Counted from the stretch's first letter, positions 12,617-26,227 are shown. The stretch: 60,390 bases of DNA from Octopus sinensis (GCF_006345805.1 NW_021835015.1:1-60390), one strand, 5' to 3'. The notes: a model not told the origin generated them from the letters alone. A program made the numbers and translations.

Positions 12617-12707
12617 ATTTCTTCCTGAAGAGAAAGACACAATATGGTCTCATTATTCAATCGGAATTTGGTAAATTGTGCCTTTCGAAACACGTGTAGA
12701 ATGAAAT
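12617..12707 (+). ncRNA. Minimal type I hammerhead ribozyme with intact core
   Basis: Stem I ATTTC-TTC/GAA-T-GAAAT; CUGAAGA 12625-31; stem II GAAAG..CACAAT/ATTGTG..CTTTC; GAAA 12687-90; C-ACGT-G palindromic stem III; UA cleavage site at 12697-98. Confidence 0.88.
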
Positions 12708-12912
12708 AAAACGATTTCTGTTCAATCTTCGTTCAACTCCATTTCTTAAATTCACTAATAATATTAAAATTCAATTATCCGCACCAACGCACGGTTGCAA
12801 CACCATATGGTTGTACCTCCAACCGTGCTGTCTTCTGCTGTGATTTTTGCTACCAAGGTATCGATTAAACTTTTGATTAATCTGCAACAAGATTATTCAT
12901 CTTTCTATTTCA

Positions 12913-12917
<5 letters not shown>

Positions 12918-12958
<41 letters not shown>
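12918..12958. repeat. (TA)n between PLE-A and PLE-B
   Basis: Pure TA tract. Confidence 0.95.
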
Positions 12959-12959
<1 letters not shown>

Positions 12960-12962
<3 letters not shown>

Positions 12963-15900
12963 CACCCATTGAGGAATAATCCGTACGAAAGAAAGTTAAA
13001 GGAACTAATAACTCTTAAGGGTAAGAATGGTATTTTAACCCATTCTGATAAAACCAGTAACATTTATAATATTGACATCCTTACATACCATGAATTACTG
13101 CATAAGGAAATTACAAAGAAATATAAAATTGTACCTTTTAATACACTTAGGGAACTAAACTTGGAGGTTAGGGAAATAATTATTGATTATTATCTGGAAG
13201 ATAAAACTGAACCTTATACCCCCATTAGACCGAGAATTACACTTAAGGACCATAAAGAAAACTTTCTTGGTAACACCCAGGTCAGATTAATTTGCCCTAC
13301 CAAGTCTGACTTAGGTAAATTGAGTAAACTTATTCTCGATAAATATTTACCGACTATACGTTACAAAATTAAACTAAGCCTTTGGAAAAATACTCAAAGT
13401 GCATTAGATTGGTTCTCTACCATTAAGGTTAGTGATAGCAGTAGCGGTAAATTCATTCAATTGGATATACAAAATTACTACTCCTCCATTAACCCTATTA
13501 TATTAAATAAGGCTTTAATTTTTGGTAGGAGACACACCAACTTAAGTATGGGGGAAGTAAAGGTTATCTTAACAGCTAGAAAAACATTAATAGAGTTTGA
13601 TAACAAACTATGGGCTAGAAAGGACACACCCAATTTATTCGACATTACCATGGGCTCGCCGGATTCAGCGGAAGTGACGGATTTGGTTGGGATGTATTTA
13701 CTCGATAACCTTAATAGGGAATTCCCTGAATTAAAGGGCGGACTATATAGAGACGACGCTTTATTTTTGGTCAATAACACATCTAATAGGAGGCTAGATT
13801 TACTAAAAAAAAGACTACATAAATTTTTTTAAAGTTTTGGCTTATCCATAATTATTGAAATCGAAAATTATTCCGCCAATTATTTGGATGTCAATTGCAA
13901 CCTTACTAATGGGATACATGAACCTTATATTAAACCTAATTCTAACTTAGTATATATAAACTACTCTAGCAATCACCCCCCTCAAATTAAAAAGTCACTA
14001 GTACGTAGCATTAGTCAGAGAATCTCTTATCTATCCTCAAACGGGGACATATTTAGTAAGCATTGTGAAAGATATAATACGGCATTACTTAAGGTAGGCT
14101 ACAAAAGTAAAATTTGGTATATACCCAATAATAATCATTCGAATACAGGTGGAACTATTGCGAATAACATAAATAAATTTCGGAGAAACAATAATAACTG
14201 TAGGGTAAAGAAAGATATGATATATAAAAATACATATGGCAATAATATGAGTTTTAGTACTTTTGGAGCTGTTGACGTTAGTTTAAATAACTTAGCGCAC
14301 AAAAGTGATATGATATTATGTATGGTAATACTAAAGTTTATTTACGCAATAATAATTATAGTAATTATAATAATAATAATAACAATAATAATAAAACTAA
14401 TTTTAAGATAGATCCTTGGCATAACATTGACAATGTTAAAGGTAGAAAGCATATGGGGTGGAAGGGAAATAAGGTCTTTACCAAAAATAACAATTTGATA
14501 GGTAACCCACATAGCGATAACGATACACTATGGCTAATAATCCCATATGCAATGCAGATAAAAACAGATATAGTTGGAAATATATATAATTTATTATATA
14601 GGCACTTTGTTAAGGGTGGAAATAAATTTGGTCAAATAATTAACAATAGAACTGTTAGAATAGGATATAGTATTACGCATAATTCAGCCACTATCATCTC
14701 CTCATTTAATAACAGGAAATTAGATTGCTTCTATAATGATAGAAAGATGAATTTGGGTAATAGTAATTTGCCTCTCTATAATCGTAGAGGCAATAAATCT
14801 TTTAGAACTAACGTGAACAACCCTCTTAATAATTATGATAGTCCCATACCTGTAAAGGAAAATACTAATTTAATAGATGATACCACTATCAGCAATACTA
14901 TTCCTGTGGATAAGAATATCACCAATAATATTAAACATAAACACTCGTTAACTGTAAGATTAGATAGTGAAAATAATTATAATACTATTAATAGGAATAG
15001 AGTTACAGGGAATTTTGCCATGGTTAAACTACCTCAATCTGTTGATAACTGCAATTTCAGAAATAGGAATCAATGTGTGTTTGGTAATGAATGCCTCAAG
15101 AAAGAGGTAGTTTATCAATGCACTGTAGATACACAATATAGCAGTAGGGTATACATCGGTGCAACTAAGAATAGCATAAAACAAAGACTAAGCTACCATA
15201 GATATACTTTTAAAAATAAAAATAGGATGTATTCCACGGGATTAAGTACATATATTTGGGAACTCAAAAGTAAGAAAATAGATTTTAAATTAAATTGGGA
15301 AATACTAATTTCTGCACCTGTATACAATAATATAAATAAAAAATGCTCTCTATGTATTAATGAAATTTTTTTCATCATCAAAGCTGGATTACCCATTATT
15401 AATAATATTAACGAGCGGAATTTTTTTTGCATTCATAAATTAGCGTATACTTTCTCTAGATTTAAATAGCACCTAGCTTTTCTACCAGTAATCTTTTAAC
15501 ATTCCTCTATATTAGATTGTACTATTGGTCTTTATTATTTGAAACTTATGTTTTATAAATTTATAACTTTGTATCTATATCTACATATATATGTTCTATA
15601 TTGATTGTTTTTTTGTCCCGACTTGTAAAAAATATACTAAATATATATATATGTATTTTGGTATATGCATGACACTATGATCTTCATGGAAGATTCTACG
15701 GATGGCGGGTGTACATGAGTATCATATCTTGGGGAGTTGGTTTGAGATTCTGTTATATTAATATATAATGAATGCGAGTCTATGTTGAGTATATGTTGTT
15801 AATTTTGGATGAGCATATGGGTTTTTGCATGTATTTGTTTGGCAGTCTTATATATTAAGTTTATCTTTGTACTCATCTTAATTTGTATTTTATGTTATTT

Positions 15901-16177
15901 ATCTATTTATTTATTTATCCATTTATATATAGATATATACATATATTTCTATTTATTTTTTACTTGCTTATTTATTTATTTATTTAATTAATTTTAATTT
16001 ATTTTATTTCATTTCATTTCATTTCATTTCAATTTATTTTATTTATTTATTTATTTCTATTTTATTTTATTTTATATATTTTTTAACTTTATTATTTTTA
16101 TTGTATTTTATTTTATTTTATGTTATTTTTTTATTTTATTCTATTTTTTAAAGTAATAACACTTGGTAATTTATAAT
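12960..16177 (+). mobile_element. Penelope-like element family B, copy 1, 5' part (RT, GIY-YIG, proximal 3' UTR)
   Basis: FIQLDIQNYYSSI, TMGSPDS, GLYRDD, NYLDV; CNFRNRNQCVFGNEC; VVYQC..YIG..RLSYH; KCSLCINE; collinear with the reverse complement of 54700-57294. Confidence 0.92.
12969..15469 (+). pseudogene. PLE-B RT + GIY-YIG ORF, 5'-truncated and frameshifted
   Basis: ORF-track pieces 12969-13832, 13884-14411 and 14318-15469. Confidence 0.9.
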
Positions 16178-16273
16178 GGATCTTTTCATTTTCAAGGCCT
16201 GATTGTCAGATTTTTCTAGTTAACTAAATAATTTGAAACTTCGTATACTGGTAGAGTGTCTCAAAAGAAAACA
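16178..16273 (+). repeat. Left terminal inverted repeat (Merlin-like)
   Basis: Reverse complement of 46958-47055; begins GG. Confidence 0.85.
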
Positions 16274-16409
16274 CTAATTTCAACTTGTTTATTTGAGAAA
16301 AATGTATTTTATAACTTTAAACGTAGATTAAATCTGCGAATTTTAACCAATCGTATTGTTTGTTTTCATTTGAAATAATTAACTGCATTATCTTAGTGTG
16401 ACGTAGACA

Positions 16410-17370
16410 GCTGTGCGTAGGTCTGTGTTTTGTGTTTTTATAGAAAACGAATTTTGAATGTATTATTTTAATTTTTATTATTTTTTGAATTTATTAGTTT
16501 AATTTTTATTATTTAATTTCTGTGTTTTGTGTTTTTATAGAAAACGAATTTTGATGAATGTATTAGTTTAATTTTTATTTAGAGCGTGAAACCGCGTGCG
16601 TAGGTCTGTGTTTTGTGTTTTTATAGAAAACGACGCGTGCGTAGGTCTGTGTTTTGTTTTTATAGAAAACGAATTTTGAATGTATTATTTTAATTTTTAT
16701 TATTTTTTTGAATTTATTAGTTTAATTTTTATTATTTAATTTCTGTGTTTTGTGTTTTTATAGAAAACGAATTTTGATGAATGTATTAGTTTAATTTTTA
16801 TTAAGAGCGTAAAACCGCGTGCGTAGGTCTGTGTTTTGTGTTTTTATAGAAAACGAATTTTGAATGTATTAGTTTAATTTTTATTATTTAATTTCTGTGT
16901 TTTGTGTTTTTATAGAAAACGAATTTTGATGAATGTATTAGTTTAATTTTTATTAAGAGCGTGAAACCGCGTGCGTAGGTCTGTGTTTTGTGTTTTTATA
17001 GAAAACGAATTTTGAATGTATTAGTTTATTTTTTATTATTTTTTGAATGTATTAGTTAAATTTTTATTATTTAATTTCTGTCTTTTGTGTTTTTATAGAA
17101 AACGAATTTTGATGAATGTATTAGTTTAATTTTTATTAAGAGCGTGAAACCGCGTGCGTAGGTCTGTGTTTTGTGTTTTTATAGAAAACGACGCGTGCGT
17201 AGGTCTGTGTTTTGTTTTTATAGAAAACGAATTTTGATGAATGTATTAGTTTAATTTTTATTAAGAGCGTGAAACCGCGTGCGTAGGTCTGAATGTATTA
17301 GTTTATTTTTTATCATTTTTTTAATGTATTATTTAAATTTTTATCATTTAATTTCTGTGTTTTGTGTTTT
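16410..17370. repeat. Modular minisatellite inside the Merlin-like element
   Basis: Modules GCGTGCGTAGGTCTGTGTTTTGTGTTTTTATAGAAAACG and AATTTTGAATGTATTAGTTTAATTTTTATT, reshuffled in higher-order blocks. Confidence 0.93.
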
Positions 17371-17606
17371 TATTTCGACATAGAACGGTGAACCACAGCG
17401 TTGAGTTTGTTAACTCCGTTGACAAAACACACACCCAACAAATAGAGAGCACTTGGGCGTGTTTAAAACGGGGTAACAAGCGGCGTTGTGGTACACATCG
17501 TTCTATGATTGACTCGTATCTCTGCGAATTCATGTGGCGGCGCAGACACGAGAAAAGTGACCTTTGGGAGGAATTGCTGGCATGCATTAGAAATTTCTCC
17601 AATTAG
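17364..17606 (+). pseudogene. Merlin/ISXO2 (IS1016-like) DDE transposase C-terminal remnant
   Basis: [11 protein letters not shown]...[11 protein letters not shown]...G....[12 protein letters not shown] matches the ISXO2/Merlin C-terminal motifs, including the catalytic E. Confidence 0.85.
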
Positions 17607-18074
17607 TTAATCCTTTCTGCCCAAAATACACCCCTCATAGGTTTCAATCGAATTGTAAAATAATCATGAATATAGACTAGTTTCATTTGAACTGGGTTTA
17701 TTAGCAGATCATGGGTGCCTATTCCTCGCACGTAAGTGTTATAGGCCACAGCTGCATTGTGGATCATCCCCAGTTCTACTAGGGTTGTGGGTAACTACAA
17801 GTTATTTTTTTCTTTTTTTTTTGTCCAGCTTCTTCACATTCTGCGTAACAGTTTGTTTCCGCAGTGATCAATTCAAATAAGCATGCTGAAAAATTGTTAA
17901 TAACAAAAAATTGTTGATAAAAACATTTTAAAAGTTTATACAACATTATGGTGTAAATTATATTGTTGCCTCTTTCAGTTTCTTCAGAATCACTGCTTTC
18001 CCCTTTCATTCTTTTAAATATATTTGTGTAGGAATTGCCCTTCTTCATGCCCTTACTTACAATTCTTAGTGCAG

Positions 18075-18170
18075 GTTTTTTCCCTGCTGCCGTGGTCGAT
18101 AGATTAAGTACCCGTTGCTAACTGGGCACATTGTAATCGACTGGTCCACTTCCTCCAAAATTTCGGAACT
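18075..18170 (+). mobile_element. Degenerate SINE tail fragment
   Basis: GATAGATTAAGTACC..ACTGGG..TGTAATCGACT resembles the SINE 3' region at 34600-34650. Confidence 0.45.
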
Positions 18171-19789
18171 TTTCCCTAACTACCAAAAAAGTAAATTAAA
18201 AATTGGTTCAATCACTGTTTGTATCTTTCAATGACTCTTCTCTGTATTCTTTGCATTTGCATCACAAATTGTAATATCCTGCTTGCATCTATGTATCATG
18301 CTTCCAAATGTATTACACACCTGTTGTACAATTGCAGTGCTGCCATGGACTCTTCTTCTATTCTTTGCATTTGCATCACAAATTGTAATATCCTGCATTA
18401 AAATTGATTTACTTTTTATTTGGTTTTGTTTCTGTTTTTGTTTACATTGTGTGCATGCCTTGTTATGGTTTATGTTAGGGTTAGAGCTATGGTCTAGAAT
18501 TGGCAACAGATAGCATACTAAATTGTAAATGGCCACGTTTACTGTATGCTAAACTGGCACTAGAGATTTAATGAAACCGTTTACCTATCAGAATTTAAGT
18601 CATGAAAGGGTTAGTTAGCATTGTCAACGCACTTCACATTTCTCTGTTTCTGTGGGCAATGAAATAAAACACTAGATAAGGAGCGGGTCAATATAGTTGA
18701 CATTATTTCCTCCTATAAAATTTTTGGCTATGTACCTTTCTAAGAAATTCTTATTTGTATTAATATAAAGTGCGAGCAAGAGAACAGCTGCAGACTTTCC
18801 TAAACTGTTAATGTGAATGTAGATGATGTCTTTTTTCAACTTGTGTAAATTAATGTCTGATGAGAATGTGATTCCATGTAGAAGCTGCCATTCTGAAGAT
18901 AAATGATTGGCTAAAATATTTAGTAAAAGGGTTCTAGCTGTGAGACATGTTAAAGATGATGATGTGGGCTCAGTTTGATATAGTTTACAGCTTACTAATT
19001 CACAGGAATAGTAGTGGGTGTTAGGGGTTTTTTTCCCATGTTTTATTTGAACAATTTGGCTGGATAAAGGGGGCTGTATCCTTGCCTTTTACATTCCTTC
19101 TGAGACAAGAGGTGTGCCTTCAAAACTGGTAAGATTGACGTAGTTGATCTTGAATAAAATGTGTGGATGGCTGCAGAGGAAATAACATGGACAAGGGAAT
19201 TTCAGAAGACTGACAATCTGGTAAGAAAGAATTTAATGCTTAGTTTGCAGGTGAATTACATGCTACGTGATCTTCAAGCCTTTTGTCGCCAGATGCTGTA
19301 ACATGGTTTGTATCCAATATAGTAGTACCACCACTATTGCGATAATGGCCTGAAATATGTGGTACCAGTGTGATAAAATAAGATAATGCAGCAGCAATAA
19401 CAACATAACTATCTCTCAAGAACCAACAAATATTCCAAATGAACAAACCAACCCACACTCTCGAACTTCACTATGAAATAACACAAACTATATACACTCT
19501 CTCGGTTCAGTCCATTCCTCACAAGAGGGTACCTTGGCTCTCATCACAACACTGAGAGTGTAAGGGGTTACTAACTTTGTTCTGCCAACAAATTTCCATT
19601 TATTTATTCTTAAGCTTCTCTTACTGCTAGAAACCACCTCTGCCTGGTACTGGCATTTATGTGAACAATGTAGACAATTGACAAGTATCAAATGCCACAA
19701 TACATAAATTCATTATTTATTAAAATTATCTTCAATTGTAGAAGTATCATAATTACTAAATGGTAATCGATTAGCATATTCAGGGCCAT

Positions 19790-22058
19790 TTAGTCACCTA
19801 CCAATCTGGTAGACACACTAGTCAAATTGACTACATCCTCACTAGGAAACAGGAAAGACGACTACTTGTAAATGCCCAAACCTTCCCAGGTGAAGAATGT
19901 ACCCCACAATATAGACTAGTAGTTAGCGACTTCAGGATCAGGGCTAAATGGATGCCCAGAAGACGACCAGAATGGAGGAGAAGGGTCTGGAAGCTTAAGG
20001 ATCCTGCAAAAAGAGATTGAGAGACATATTACTCAAAGCTGTGGAAGACAAGTGGAGTTTTCTACAGGACAAACTTTTGAGGGCTAGTGACCAGATCTGT
20101 GGATGGTGCAAAGTCTCCTCTCAACCCAAGGTAACGTGGTGGTGGAACAATGTTGTTGACAGGGCTAGTAAGGAAAAGAAACAGGCTTTGAAGGACTGGA
20201 AGACCGGTGATAGCAGGGAATTGTATCAGACTGCCAAAAGGGAAGCTAGGAGATAGGTTTATTTGGCCAGAGGGGAAGCAGATAAGGAAAAATTTGCCAA
20301 TGTTCTGCGCTGTGATGACCAAAGACTTGAAGTATTTTCCTGTTGCCAGACAGTGTGTGAGAGAGAATCGCGATGTCCTAGGGGAGAAATGTGTCCTCAT
20401 GGGTGATGGTTCACTTGCTTTAAACGAAGCTGCAAAGAGACAGGTTTGGAGACGCCATTATGAAAGTTTGCTAAATAAAGTGAATGAATGTGAGAAAGAG
20501 AGTCTGCTGAATGCCGGCCCAACAGAGGGACCAGCTATCTATCTAAATTGACAGTGCCTTGGTAGGTAAAGCAATTAAGGGTATGAAGACAGGGAAAGCC
20601 CCCGGACAATCAGGAATCACCACAGAGATGCTCAAACTATCTAGCGGTGTCGGCTATAGCCTACTCAACTAGGTGATACATGAAGGAGTCATACCCAATG
20701 ACTGGTGTAGCAGCACCATAGTCAACTGCTAACAAAGGTAAAGGTGACGCATTAGATACAAATAATTACAGAGGTATCAAGTTGTTGGATCAGGTAATGA
20801 AAGTCACGGAGAGGGTCATAGCCCAAGTAATTAGGGAGAGAGGCAGTCTAGATGAGATGCAGTTTCGGTTCGTGCCAGGGGAAAGCACCACTGATGCTAT
20901 ATTTCTGATAAGACAGATGCAGGAGAAATAGCTAGTCCAAGATAAAACTCTGTACCTGGCTTTCATTGACAGGGTCCTCCGATCCCCTATCTGGTAGTCA
21001 ATGAGGAGACTAGGGATGGATGAATGTTTGAGAGCTGTACAAGCCATGTACAGTAAGGTGATGGTTGGCAACGAATACAGTGAAGAATATCGGGTAGGGG
21101 TAAGGGTCAACCTAAGATCAGTCCTCAGCCCCCTCTTATTCATTATAGTCCTCCAGGCAATAACAGAGGAATTCAAGACAGGCTGCTCCTCTATGCTGAT
21201 GACCTTGCACTAATAGCAGAGACACAGCCAGAACTGGAGCCAAAGGTTAGGGCGTGGAAGCAAAGTCTAGAATTGAATGGCCTTAGGGTTAACCTAGCCA
21301 AAACCAAAGTTTTAGTTAGTGTGCAGGCTGTCAAATCACAAACTCCTCTGTAGAAAAGGCATTGGTAGAAACTCCATACGATGCACCCGGTGTAAGCTAT
21401 GGACACATAAAAGGTGCAGCAATATCAAAGGAAGGTTAACTGGGAAAATTATTTCTTGTGTGTGGCAGATGCAGTGGGGCAATAAACACTGAAGGTGTTC
21501 AGAAAACAGCTTCCATTACATGCCTGGGGAAGAAACTAGAAGTAGTAAATACTTTCTACTACCTAGGCGACCAAGTATGTAGTGGGAGTGATTGTTCTGC
21601 GAGTGTAGCAACTAGAGTAATAATAGCCTGAGCAAATTCAGGGAGCTCCTACCTCTGCTGGCAGCTAAATGCCCCTCACTCAGGGGGAAAGGTGGACTGT
21701 ATGATGCATGTGTGTGAACTGCCATGCTATACGGTAGTGAAACATGGGCCATGAATGCCGAGGACATGCGTAAGCTTGCAGTATGCTTGAGTCAAGTAAA
21801 ACCAATACCGTAGCTGAAGGCCGGTGACCCGCTAGCTGGCTCCTGTGCTGATGAGACATGAAGAACACCCACTACACTCTCAGAATAGTTGGCGTTAGGA
21901 AGGGCATTTAGATGTAGAAATTATGCTAGACTAGATTGGAGCCTGTTGCAGCAGCTGGCTCTCCAAGACTTCAGTCAAACTGTCCAACCCATGCCATCAT
22001 GGAAAACGGACGTTAATCGATGATGATGATGATGATGATGACGACGACGACAACGACG
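19790..22058 (+). mobile_element. Decayed RTE-clade LINE with (GAT)n tail
   Basis: QIDYILTR, PGEECTPQ, VWKLKDP, WWWN, NYRGIKLL, STTDAIF, LSPLLFIIV, ADDLAL, C-x2-C..WTHKRC; many stops and frameshifts; ends CCAACCCATGCC..ATGGAAAACGGACGTTAA(TGA)n. Confidence 0.88.
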
Positions 22059-22729
22059 ATAATTATATTAGGAATAAAGTTGTGTGCAGGCAAGCGATTT
22101 GTAGTAGAGAGCAGTAGCGTTTGGAGCGAGCAAAGAGTTGGCGGCCAGCGATGCGATCGATCGAAAAGCTGTCATCTCGGCGGCAATATCGCCTGTGAGT
22201 GTGTGTCCGGTAGGGTACGTAACACACGGACGCATCGCGTTTATGCACGCGGCTAAGGCAGCTATTGCTCTCTAATAATCGCTTGCTTATTATTTACTTA
22301 ATGCATTCTTCATTTCGGCATACTGGGCAGAGATCGCATCGCATTCATGCACGCATTAGCTGTCTATCACCGCCTTAGCTATCATAAACAAACACAAGTT
22401 CATGTATGATATTAATCTTTCTTCTACTTCAATTATTACATGGTTTTCTCTTATAAAAATACACACATACAGGAGAAGTAAATTATACATATAATACTTT
22501 AAATGTGGCTCTCGATAAACAGTCAAAGTAATTACCTGATCAACAATGGGTTTTACTGCTAGTATATATGTATACTAGCAGTATACAGGTGACCAAATCT
22601 GATTTTCTACCTTGCAGTTAAGCAGATTCACTCAAGTATAATATTTTTTTTAAACTCAGAAAGTCTTACCAAAATTTTCTTAGCTGTATCAGTTTGTCTT
22701 GGAGTTGTAATGAGTCATCTGACTCTTGA

Positions 22730-24166
22730 ACATGAAAAAGTGGATTAATGGCTCCCACAAATTCACAAGTCTTTCAAGGCTCATGCCTTTTGACCCATCT
22801 TACTTCTGTGTGAAGCAATAGGGTTTTAAAATCTTCATCTTCACAGAATTGCATAAAAAATCTATTATTCACAGAGTTTGAATTGACAATGTTATTTGTA
22901 TGTATGGAAGTGTTGAGTGCATTTTCCATGTGTCCTCCAATATTCTTAGCAACCACATGCTGTCTGTGGATAATGCAACATATATTTAAAATGTGAGGAG
23001 CAACTGATTTCATTCTAGAAACAAAGCCTTTCACTTTTCCAGTCATAGCTGCAGCTCCATATGATGCAGTGTTGATCAAATTAGTCGATGGAATATTTTT
23101 ATCATTAAAATACTGCATTACTTCATTGAATATATCTTCTCCATTAGTTGTTTAAAAAAAAACTTTTAATGAATACCATTTCTTCCTTTATATCATCTTC
23201 ATGGTTGAATCTGACATAGACCAGAAGGATAACTTGGTTATGAATTGTGCTATCATCAACCTGGATAGAAAAATTGGTCGTTCGGAGAATTTCCACAATC
23301 TTCTTTCTCCTCAACAAAATTAGACATTTCATCCTGTCTTCTTGTAATTGTGTTATTTGAAAGTGGAATTGTACTCAGAGTAGGTTCAGCATCTTTTCCC
23401 AGAACCTCATTTGCACAAGCAGGCTTGACAAGATTCTCACCTTAAATCTGAGGTGCTGCAACCTTGGCAATAATTTCAGAAACCAAATAACTTGGTTTGA
23501 GTATCTTTACTTTTTCAATATTTATCTTCTTTACAAAGTCAGGTAGTTTGATTAGCTGTATTTTCTTTTTATTCTCAAAATATTCCCGACCTTTACCAAC
23601 AGATGATGGATGCCTTAATTTCTGGTGCTGCTCCAGCTTAACTTTCTTCATGGAATAATTTGTCATGATGGCATTATATTCAAGATACATAGGTTTTGAG
23701 TCTACAGATACAAAACCAAACACGATAAAATCTTCTTTGCATTTCTTCAGTTTTACCTTTTTAGCAGTTGGTTCAGATATTATTACAACTGATCATAAAA
23801 AAAATAAAAATAATAAATATTTTATTTCTATAAATTTAAAGTATCAAATTTATTATTAAACAATATTATGTAGTGATCTATTAAAAATATCGAATTTATT
23901 ATGAAACTGTTGTGATTATAAAATTTAAATTATGTAGTTCTTGATTGTAATATATCATTGATTATATATTATACATTATGATTCTTATGGAATAATTATT
24001 GAATTTTGTTTTCTTATTATTATTCTGTCTTCATATAAATATTATTAACTAACAGTGTCTTTATTATCGAACAATATGTGTAAATCTGAAATGGCTTCAA
24101 TTTTTTACGGCTACGAATTCTCTGGGGACCACTGGTAGGTTCCAGGGACCACATTGGGAATCACTG
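22730..24166 (-). mobile_element. hAT transposon (Buster/Charlie-type), truncated and decayed
   Basis: Terminus CAGTGATTCCCAA at 24166; FSIQVDDST, LLVYVRF, CIIHRQH, LLLHTEVRW. Confidence 0.87.
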
Positions 24167-24469
24167 CTTTAAACAATACTGGATGAAATGAATATCGAAA
24201 TTATTTACAAATTTTGTTAGTACATGAAACATGTTATAATATACAAGTTCCAGTAGAATATGTGACAAAGATAATATTCCTAGCTGAACTTATCCCCTTT
24301 AATTTTCTTGTACCAGAAACTTCCAGCCCCAGTCAATATTAACGCCAGATAACTTACACAGGACATTTTCATAATAAAGAAGAAAAAATTAAAAGGCTTT
24401 GATCTTTTTCTTTTAAACAAAAGAATTTTGATAAAAATATATACAAAGGATAGCTTTGTGGTTGAAAAA

Positions 24470-24640
24470 TTTGCTTCACACCCATGGGTTTCTGGGTTCA
24501 ATTCTGCTGTGTGGTATATTCGGTAAGTGTCTTTTACTGTAGTCTTAGGTTGATCAATGTCATGTGAGTCAAATTGGGAGAATGATTCTATGAACAAGCC
24601 CACAAGATGTGTTTGTGTGTATGTGTGTGTGTTCATTTAC
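24470..24640 (+). mobile_element. Degenerate tRNA-type SINE
   Basis: GGGTTCAATTCTGCTGTGTGG..GTAAGTGTCTTTTACTGTAG aligns with the SINE at 34360-34420. Confidence 0.6.
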
Positions 24641-25236
24641 ATGTTTACTGCTCTAGTATACTAGGCTATCAAAGGTTACTTTCAATGAACAGGCATCATT
24701 AAAATGGGACCCTGCCCTATGTTTGAAATTATCTCTAATATTGATAGGGTCAATGAAAGACACCCAAAGACAGTGCCTGAGCATGGTCATAGCACACTGA
24801 CTGAAATTAATAAAGAAGAAACAATTCTAGGTTTCAAAACTTTTTTAATGATAAACATCCAAATGTAAAGACAATGTTAAATGACTTTTCTCGGTGTAAA
24901 TGTATGCATACACGCATAAATGGAATTTCCTTCTAAGTAGAAGTTCACCCGAAACAAAAGTCATGGAAATTATTAGGATGAATATTCTTTGGGTGGGAGA
25001 TCAGAATAAATAAAAGAATGCAAGTGAATGTGTCATGTAAAGTGGGATGGGTGGGTTGGTGAGGTGCATAGCTGCCTTCAGAGACAACAGTAAAAAATCT
25101 TTGGTTGAATCATTCGCCCAAAACAATGAGATTTTTGTTTCTTTTTTAAGACATGTAATAGTAGACATGTAGTGGGGGAATATTTATATTGATAGGAATC
25201 ATTAATTAACAAGAAAATAATTATACATACATATAT

Positions 25237-25636
25237 ACTAGCAGTATCGCCCAGCGTTGCTCGAATTTGTAAGGGAAATAACTATATAAACATTTTTAGA
25301 GATGTAAAGTATAATAGCCATCTCAATATGGCTAACCACAAAGGGGGGGGGTGTTACTGTAGCTTTTTACGTTCTGAGATTTAATAATAAATTTTTAGAG
25401 AGTTACTTCCCTTATATATGCCAAAAATGCATTAAAAATGGGAAAAATTGAAGGTAATTTTTTTTTTAAATCGTAGCCTCATCGTAGACGCGCGCTTATA
25501 CCCAGAAGGGCTCAATATGAATCACGACTATAAGATACCCGGTTTCGGTTAAACTGCACCGCAAAATGTGGGAGTAGTTAGGAATCTAAATCGTAGGTGA
25601 CAGACAGCACACAACCTCAATTTTATATATAAAGAT
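25237..25636 (+). mobile_element. Non-autonomous Helitron-like element (400 bp)
   Basis: 5' ACTAGCAGTATCGCCC.GCGTTGCTCG shared with 50304; 3' TTTTATATATAAAGAT; no TSD. Confidence 0.6.
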
Positions 25637-26227
25637 ATATGCTTTTCTCAGACTATCCTTTTCCTTCTCTCCAGTCATTTTACGCTTTCCTTTCTGACAA
25701 AGAACCATGCTTGAAATGTCACACCCCCATCTTTTTTCCATCTTACTTTCTCTGAGCATCAATCTCATATATTCGCTGTGTACATCCTTTTGAATTTTGT
25801 TATTTTTCCTATTTTTGTTTTTTACTTGCCTACATATATATATATGTGTTATATATATATTATATATATATCAGCCTAACCCACAACCCACCTTTGCTTT
25901 CCCCACTCTCACCTGTCCCTCCACACACACACACCATGCACACACTAGCTGACTACTTCCCACACCCACACCATCATCCACACACCCATATATGCTCTCG
26001 TATACACACGCACGTGCACCTTCATTTTGGGATCACCACTACTTTATTATCTTCCCTCTTCCTAGCTCTCCTGTGTGACCCCTTTGTCCGGCATTCACCA
26101 TGATAGATCGCTAGCCACTACACTGTATTTTCTCTCCGTTTCTTTCACTTTTTCACTTCCCGAGCATTAACTAATACATCTGTTGTCTAAACCATCTGAG
26201 TTCGTCTTTTGTTTTTTTGTGAATTCT

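Larger units (their letters stand above)
9655..12915 (+). mobile_element. Penelope-like element family A, 5'-truncated right arm of the palindrome
   Basis: 9655-12752 is the reverse complement of 5846-9252 (minus the LINE insert); the extra 12753-12915 before (TA)n is assigned tentatively. Confidence 0.9.

Noticed and set aside
5846-12752. Palindrome as a pure sequencing fold-back artefact
   Set aside because: The arms differ by about ten substitutions, a 299-bp insert and a 400-bp unique spacer, so a pure artefact is unlikely, though read-level confirmation is still needed.
16410-17370. CRISPR-like array
   Set aside because: The intervening sequences are themselves repeated modules; no cas genes.
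17779-18536. Short ORFs and a 46-bp direct duplication (18237-18283, 18353-18396)
   Set aside because: No motif supports a gene or transposase call.
18850-18885. CTGATGAG plus a small hairpin as a hammerhead
   Set aside because: No GAAA or stem III follows stem II.
19170-19310. Possible host exons (GTAAGA donor at 19221, TTTGCAG acceptor at 19250)
   Set aside because: The implied intron is only 30 bp and the peptides are short and unrecognisable.
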